From contig JAQBOP010000011.1 in NCBI GenBank assembly GCA_028287975.1, positions 649 to 64,648 of the forward strand: DNA of 64,000 nucleotides, written 5' to 3'. The position numbers and the translations under genes were made by a program. Shown here piece after piece: positions 59,548 through 64,000 of the stretch (within the stretch, counting starts at the first letter, position 1; each line of letters begins with the position of its first letter). Origin of the DNA: Mucilaginibacter sp. (GTDB taxonomy: Bacteria > Bacteroidota > Bacteroidia > Sphingobacteriales > Sphingobacteriaceae). The notes beneath the pieces are model-generated. The model was not told where the DNA came from. It worked only from the letters and a program-made list of their open reading frames with translations, and did no database searches.

Positions 59548-60906
59548 ATGAATTCAAAACTAAAATTCTTTGCTTTTGTCGTCGTCCTTGGTTTGGCCGG
59601 AAGGAGCGATATTTCCTGCGCTCAAACTACGCTGGATAACTACGTAAAAGAAGGGCTTGAAAATAACGAAAGTATCAGGCAGCAAAATTTCTTATTGGAG
59701 AAAAGCATCTACATGCTGAAAGAAGCGAAATCTCTTTTTGGGCCGACAGTTGACCTATCATCGTCCTATACCAGGGCCGATGGCGGGCGCTCCATCGAGT
59801 TTCCAGCAGCTGACTTGCTTAACCAGGCTTATTCAACACTTAATAAATTAACGAATTCCAGTTCGTTTAAACCGCTCCAAAATCAAAATATAGAGTTATT
59901 TGCCAATAATTTTTACGATGCTCATTTTCATACCAGTTTGCCCCTATTGGATGCCGAGCTGATTTACAATAAAAGAATTCGCGGGCAGCAAACTAACCTG
60001 CAAAAAGCGGAAGTGCTTTTATATAAGCGTGAACTGGTCCAGCATATCAAGACCGCCTATTACCAATACGCCCAGGCTGTAAATGCCGAAAAAATATATG
60101 AAACTTCGCTAAAGCTAGTTAACGAAAACAAACGCATTAACCAGGCATTATTCGACAACCAGCAGGCTAACCGGACAGCCGTTATCCGCAGCGAGAACGA
60201 AGTGTCAAAATACCAGGCAAATCTTGTATCGGCTGAGCAAACCAGGCTTACCGCAAAAGCCTATTTTAACTTTTTGATCAATAAGGCAGCGACCGATACT
60301 GTCGTTGTTGATTCCATTTATCAGTTACCTGCCAATGAGGTACTTTCGGATACTACGGTAAGCCGCCGGGAAGAGCTGGCAAAACTGAAGCTCAGCCAGG
60401 AGATCAACGATAATAACATTGGACTTGCCAAAGCATATTTGGTTCCAAAGATCAAAACTTTTATTGATCTCGGAGCGCAGGATTATGCCTTTCACTGGAC
60501 AGATAATACCAAATATTATTATTTCGGGATTTCGCTCGACTGGAACCTGTTTGCATCGGGTAAAAACACCTATCGTAAAAAGGAAGTACTCGCGGAGCGC
60601 CAAAGCATAGCTGCGCAAACGGATTATGCAGTTTTACAATTAAAGACCCAATTGATCAGCGCCAGAAATGCTTTTTTAAGCGCCGCCGCACAATATAAGG
60701 CAGCACAATCGCAGCTTCACGCATCGGATACCTATTTCAGGGACGAATTGCGCTTATATAAAGAAGGCAAGGTTATTTACATCGAGTTGCTGGATGCGCA
60801 AAATCAACTGATCAATGCGCGCCTGGAAAGCAGCAACACCTTGTTTGATACCCGGATCAAATATGCCGATATCGAACGCGCTAATGCAAGTTTTAATCTC
60901 CAATAA
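59548..60906 (+). CDS. TolC family outer-membrane efflux protein
   Basis: Helical OEP repeats, ISLDWNLF, YKEG...IELLDAQNQL. Confidence 0.9.
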   Translation: MNSKLKFFAFVVVLGLAGRSDISCAQTTLDNYVKEGLENNESIRQQNFLLEKSIYMLKEAKSLFGPTVDLSSSYTRADGGRSIEFPAADLLNQAYSTLNKLTNSSSFKPLQNQNIELFANNFYDAHFHTSLPLLDAELIYNKRIRGQQTNLQKAEVLLYKRELVQHIKTAYYQYAQAVNAEKIYETSLKLVNENKRINQALFDNQQANRTAVIRSENEVSKYQANLVSAEQTRLTAKAYFNFLINKAATDTVVVDSIYQLPANEVLSDTTVSRREELAKLKLSQEINDNNIGLAKAYLVPKIKTFIDLGAQDYAFHWTDNTKYYYFGISLDWNLFASGKNTYRKKEVLAERQSIAAQTDYAVLQLKTQLISARNAFLSAAAQYKAAQSQLHASDTYFRDELRLYKEGKVIYIELLDAQNQLINARLESSNTLFDTRIKYADIERANASFNLQ

Positions 60907-60926
60907 TCATCAATAAAATTAAAGAC

Positions 60927-61979
60927 ATGAAATCATCGATACTTATTTCAACCGCAGCACTCACTGTGGCTGTGCTGCTAATTTCCTGCGGAAAAAAACA
61001 CACTGAAAAAACCGCTTTACCGGAAACAGACGAAATTCCGGTAAAAGTTGCTTCTGTATCGTCCCTGCAAACGCCTGATAAAATTGAGGCGACCGGGCTG
61101 GTAACCACTGAAAACGAAGGCAAATATGCATTCAAGATTGGCGGCGTAATCAGTAAAATCTTAGTACACGAAGGCCAGTTTTTTAAAAAAGGGCAACTTT
61201 TGGCAGCTTTAAACACCACTGAGATCAATTCGGGACTTGAACAGGCAAAGTTAAATGTAGAAAAGGCAAACCGTGATTATACCAGGGCTATGAACCTTTA
61301 TAAAGACAGCGTCAGCACGTTGGAACAGGTTCAAAATGCTAAAACGGCACTTGACGTTGCAAAAAGGGCTGAAGATGCGGTTGCTTTTAATAATCAATAT
61401 TCGGCCATATACGCGGCAAGTGACGGATTCGTAACCGAAAAGATAGGGAATGAAGGCGAAGTAGTTGCTGCCGGTGCTCCCGTACTGGCAATCAGCGAGT
61501 CGAAAGGGAATAGCGATTTTGAATTAAAGGTCGGTGTCACCGACCGCGAATGGGCAGCAATAAGTATCGGTCACAAAGCATCGGTAACACTGGATGGTTA
61601 TCCGGGCCAGGCGATCCCGGCTTACGTCTTCCGCAAATCCCAGGCTTCGGATAATGCCGGCGGATCATTCCAGGTTGAACTCAAACTACAGCTGGGCACA
61701 TTGCATCCTGCGGCAGGGATGTTCGGAAAAGCGGATATTTTCACTGGTGCTACCAGCCATAATACCGTAATCCCCTATGACGCGCTGATTGAGGCGGATG
61801 GCAACAAGGCCTTCATTTTTGAGGTCGATAACAATAAAGTCAAACGCGTACCAGTTGTGATCTCCGGCTTTGATAACAAACAAGTATATATCAAGAGCGG
61901 TCTTGAAAATGTCTCCAATATTGTAGTATCCAACAGCGCTTTTCTCAACGAACAATCCACTATCAAGATCATTAAATAA
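60927..61979 (+). CDS. RND efflux periplasmic adaptor (MFP) lipoprotein
   Basis: Lipobox LISC; FKIGG.I.KILVHEG, IYAASDG, GEVV.AG.P, IPYDAL. Confidence 0.92.
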   Translation: MKSSILISTAALTVAVLLISCGKKHTEKTALPETDEIPVKVASVSSLQTPDKIEATGLVTTENEGKYAFKIGGVISKILVHEGQFFKKGQLLAALNTTEINSGLEQAKLNVEKANRDYTRAMNLYKDSVSTLEQVQNAKTALDVAKRAEDAVAFNNQYSAIYAASDGFVTEKIGNEGEVVAAGAPVLAISESKGNSDFELKVGVTDREWAAISIGHKASVTLDGYPGQAIPAYVFRKSQASDNAGGSFQVELKLQLGTLHPAAGMFGKADIFTGATSHNTVIPYDALIEADGNKAFIFEVDNNKVKRVPVVISGFDNKQVYIKSGLENVSNIVVSNSAFLNEQSTIKIIK

Positions 61980-61987
61980 TTAAGACC

Positions 61988-64000
61988 ATGAAAATCACAA
62001 ATTTTGCGGTAAAAAATTACCAGTTTACCATGGTGGTCTTTATCATGATCGCCGTCGTCGGATTGATCACTATGCTGACCATGCCGAGGGCTGAAGACCC
62101 GACTAACCATCCGCCAACTTATCTTATCACTGTTTTGTATCCGGGCACGAGCCCTAAGGAAATGGAAGAACAGGTAGTTAAACCAATAGAGAAAAAGATC
62201 TACCAACTGGAAAACATCGATAAGCTGGTTACTACGATCAAGGACGGGTTAGTTTCTATGCAGGTAGATTTTAAATTCGGTGTCGATGTTGACAATAAAT
62301 ACCAGGAAATATCCACCGAGGTAAACGCTTTAAAAAACAGTGAGCTGCCAAAGGATATTCCTTTTATCGAGGTACAGAAGATCAGCGCGACAGATGTAAA
62401 TATATTACAGGTTGCACTGGTATCGCAAAGCGCTTCCGCTAAGGACCTGCGCGATTATGCAGATAATCTTAAATCTCAACTGGAGAAGATCACCGATCTC
62501 AAAAAGGTAGATTATACAGGCCTGCCGGAGCAGGAAATACGCGTTGATATTCAAATAGATAAACTGGCCCGCCTCAAAATTCCACTAACCACGGTTGTCA
62601 ACAGCCTGCAAAGCGAGGGCGCAGACATTAATGGCGGAAATGTATATGTTGGCACTAAGTCCTTCAATATTAAAACCAGCGGAAAATATAAAGATGCCGG
62701 GGACGTAAGCAGCACCGTTATCTACAATAAAAATGGAAAGATCGTTTACCTGAGGGATGTGGCCGACGTCAGCTTCAAAAATGAAACGCAAACCTATTAC
62801 ACCCGATTGAATGGCTACCGTTGTGCGCTGGTCTCCGCGGGTATGAAAGAGAACATCAGCATTTCTGCAACGCAGGCTAAATTCCTTCCTATACTTGCGG
62901 CTTTCGATAAAACGCTTCCACCGAATATTAAAATGGTCAAAACATTTGACCAGGCGCAATCAGTAGACCGCAGGCTTGGCGGATTGGGTGAAGATTTTGC
63001 CATAGCCATATTCCTGGTTTTGCTCACCTTGCTGCCCTTGGGAACGCGTGCTTCTATTATTGTGATGATTACCATTCCGGTAAGCATCGGGCTTGGCCTG
63101 ATCATACTGAAACTTTTCGGCTATACGTTAAACCAATTAACGATCATTGGATTGGTGCTTGCCCTCGGTTTACTGGTAGATGACAGCATTGTTGTTGTTG
63201 AAAATATTGAGCGCTGGTTGAGGGAAGGCCATTCAAGGATGGAAGCTGTCATCAAAGGCACCGCGCAAATCGGGATGGCGGTTTTAGGATGCACCGCAAC
63301 ATTGATCATAGCTTTCTTGCCGCTTTGTTTTTTGCCAGGTACAGCAGGCGAATTTGTGCGGGGTTTACCTATGGCGGTAATCTCCTGCGTGTTTGCCTCC
63401 TTCATCGTTTCTTTAACCCTGGTTCCTTTTTTGGCCAGCAGAATACTTAAAAAACCAAAAAACGAACACGGCAATTATTTTCTGCGGGCCTTACAGAAAT
63501 TCATCAACTTATACGGCGTGGTTATGGTGGCCGCTCTGAAACGTCCATGGATAACTGTAATCATCGCCGTAGTGGTAGTCTTTTTCGCCATGTCACTTAA
63601 TCTCGGTTTCAAACTTTTTCCGGCATCGGAGAAACCCATGTTTATCATTAACATCGGCATGCCGCTGCAATCTAACCTGCTGGAAACCGATAGCGTAACC
63701 AAACTGTTGGAAAAGGAATTACAAGGCTATTCGCAGATCAAATACTACACCTCAAACATAGGCAAGGGTAATCCGCAGATCTATTATAATCTGCACCAAC
63801 AGGATGAGCAATCGGATTTTGCTCAGATATTTGTTCAGTTGCAGGACGATACGAAACCAACGGATAAAACTGTTCTGATTCAGCAGCTTCGTACAAAACT
63901 GGCCAATTTCCCTTATGCCAAAGTTGTGGTAAAAGACTTTGAACAGGGGCCACCTATTGAAGCCCCTATTGTGGTACGCCTGTTCGGAGATAACCTGGAT
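61988..64000 (+). CDS. RND efflux permease (AcrB/AcrD/AcrF family), runs off right edge
   Basis: ATG at 61988: MKITNFAVKNYQFT...MPRAEDP...YPGTSP; LGLLVDDSIVVVENI; open to the window end. Confidence 0.92.
   Translation, partial: MKITNFAVKNYQFTMVVFIMIAVVGLITMLTMPRAEDPTNHPPTYLITVLYPGTSPKEMEEQVVKPIEKKIYQLENIDKLVTTIKDGLVSMQVDFKFGVDVDNKYQEISTEVNALKNSELPKDIPFIEVQKISATDVNILQVALVSQSASAKDLRDYADNLKSQLEKITDLKKVDYTGLPEQEIRVDIQIDKLARLKIPLTTVVNSLQSEGADINGGNVYVGTKSFNIKTSGKYKDAGDVSSTVIYNKNGKIVYLRDVADVSFKNETQTYYTRLNGYRCALVSAGMKENISISATQAKFLPILAAFDKTLPPNIKMVKTFDQAQSVDRRLGGLGEDFAIAIFLVLLTLLPLGTRASIIVMITIPVSIGLGLIILKLFGYTLNQLTIIGLVLALGLLVDDSIVVVENIERWLREGHSRMEAVIKGTAQIGMAVLGCTATLIIAFLPLCFLPGTAGEFVRGLPMAVISCVFASFIVSLTLVPFLASRILKKPKNEHGNYFLRALQKFINLYGVVMVAALKRPWITVIIAVVVVFFAMSLNLGFKLFPASEKPMFIINIGMPLQSNLLETDSVTKLLEKELQGYSQIKYYTSNIGKGNPQIYYNLHQQDEQSDFAQIFVQLQDDTKPTDKTVLIQQLRTKLANFPYAKVVVKDFEQGPPIEAPIVVRLFGDNLD

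Noticed and set aside
1191-63953. Many 60-175 aa ORFs antisense to or nested in long genes (e.g. 3740-4267, 7979-8422, 27341-27751, 61775-62206, 62585-63953)
   Set aside because: Shadow frames of well-supported genes with no recognisable motifs.
1-64000. CRISPR array, rRNA or intact tRNA
   Set aside because: No regularly spaced repeat-spacer array or cloverleaf seen; only a 7-9 nt tRNA-end-like motif at 30806-30814 and 57432-57440.

Overview
AT-rich Bacteroidota DNA; gene content and style suggest a Mucilaginibacter-like Sphingobacteriaceae chromosome (inference). Bases 1-29.5 kb look like resident chromosome. They carry an FkbH-ACP-VOC-MBOAT-SGNH envelope-acylation operon, carbohydrate enzymes (GH51, GH127, GH13, GH144, an unassigned GH-like protein), a T9SS type-B PKD protein, and an HxlR gene divergent from a protein resembling the animal APCDD1 domain. 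At about 29.5 kb a CMD/AhpD gene is cut off and a decayed accessory region begins: a tyrosine-integrase relic, two ~85% identical 250-bp direct repeats 26.6 kb apart, and several pseudogenes. The cargo is a LytS/LytTR-linked stress cluster whose five promoters share one repeat architecture, a ThuA-dehydrogenase/MFS/epimerase/Gfo-Idh-MocA sugar operon, and a DUF6377-SusC-SusD-GH106 PUL. NmrA and a TolC/MFP/RND efflux operon follow, the last running off the right edge. I saw no rRNA, intact tRNA or CRISPR array. The best candidates for undescribed systems are the glyceryl-ACP/epimerase/MBOAT pathway, the LytTR regulon and the APCDD1-like protein. All family calls come from motif recognition by eye; no database searches were run.
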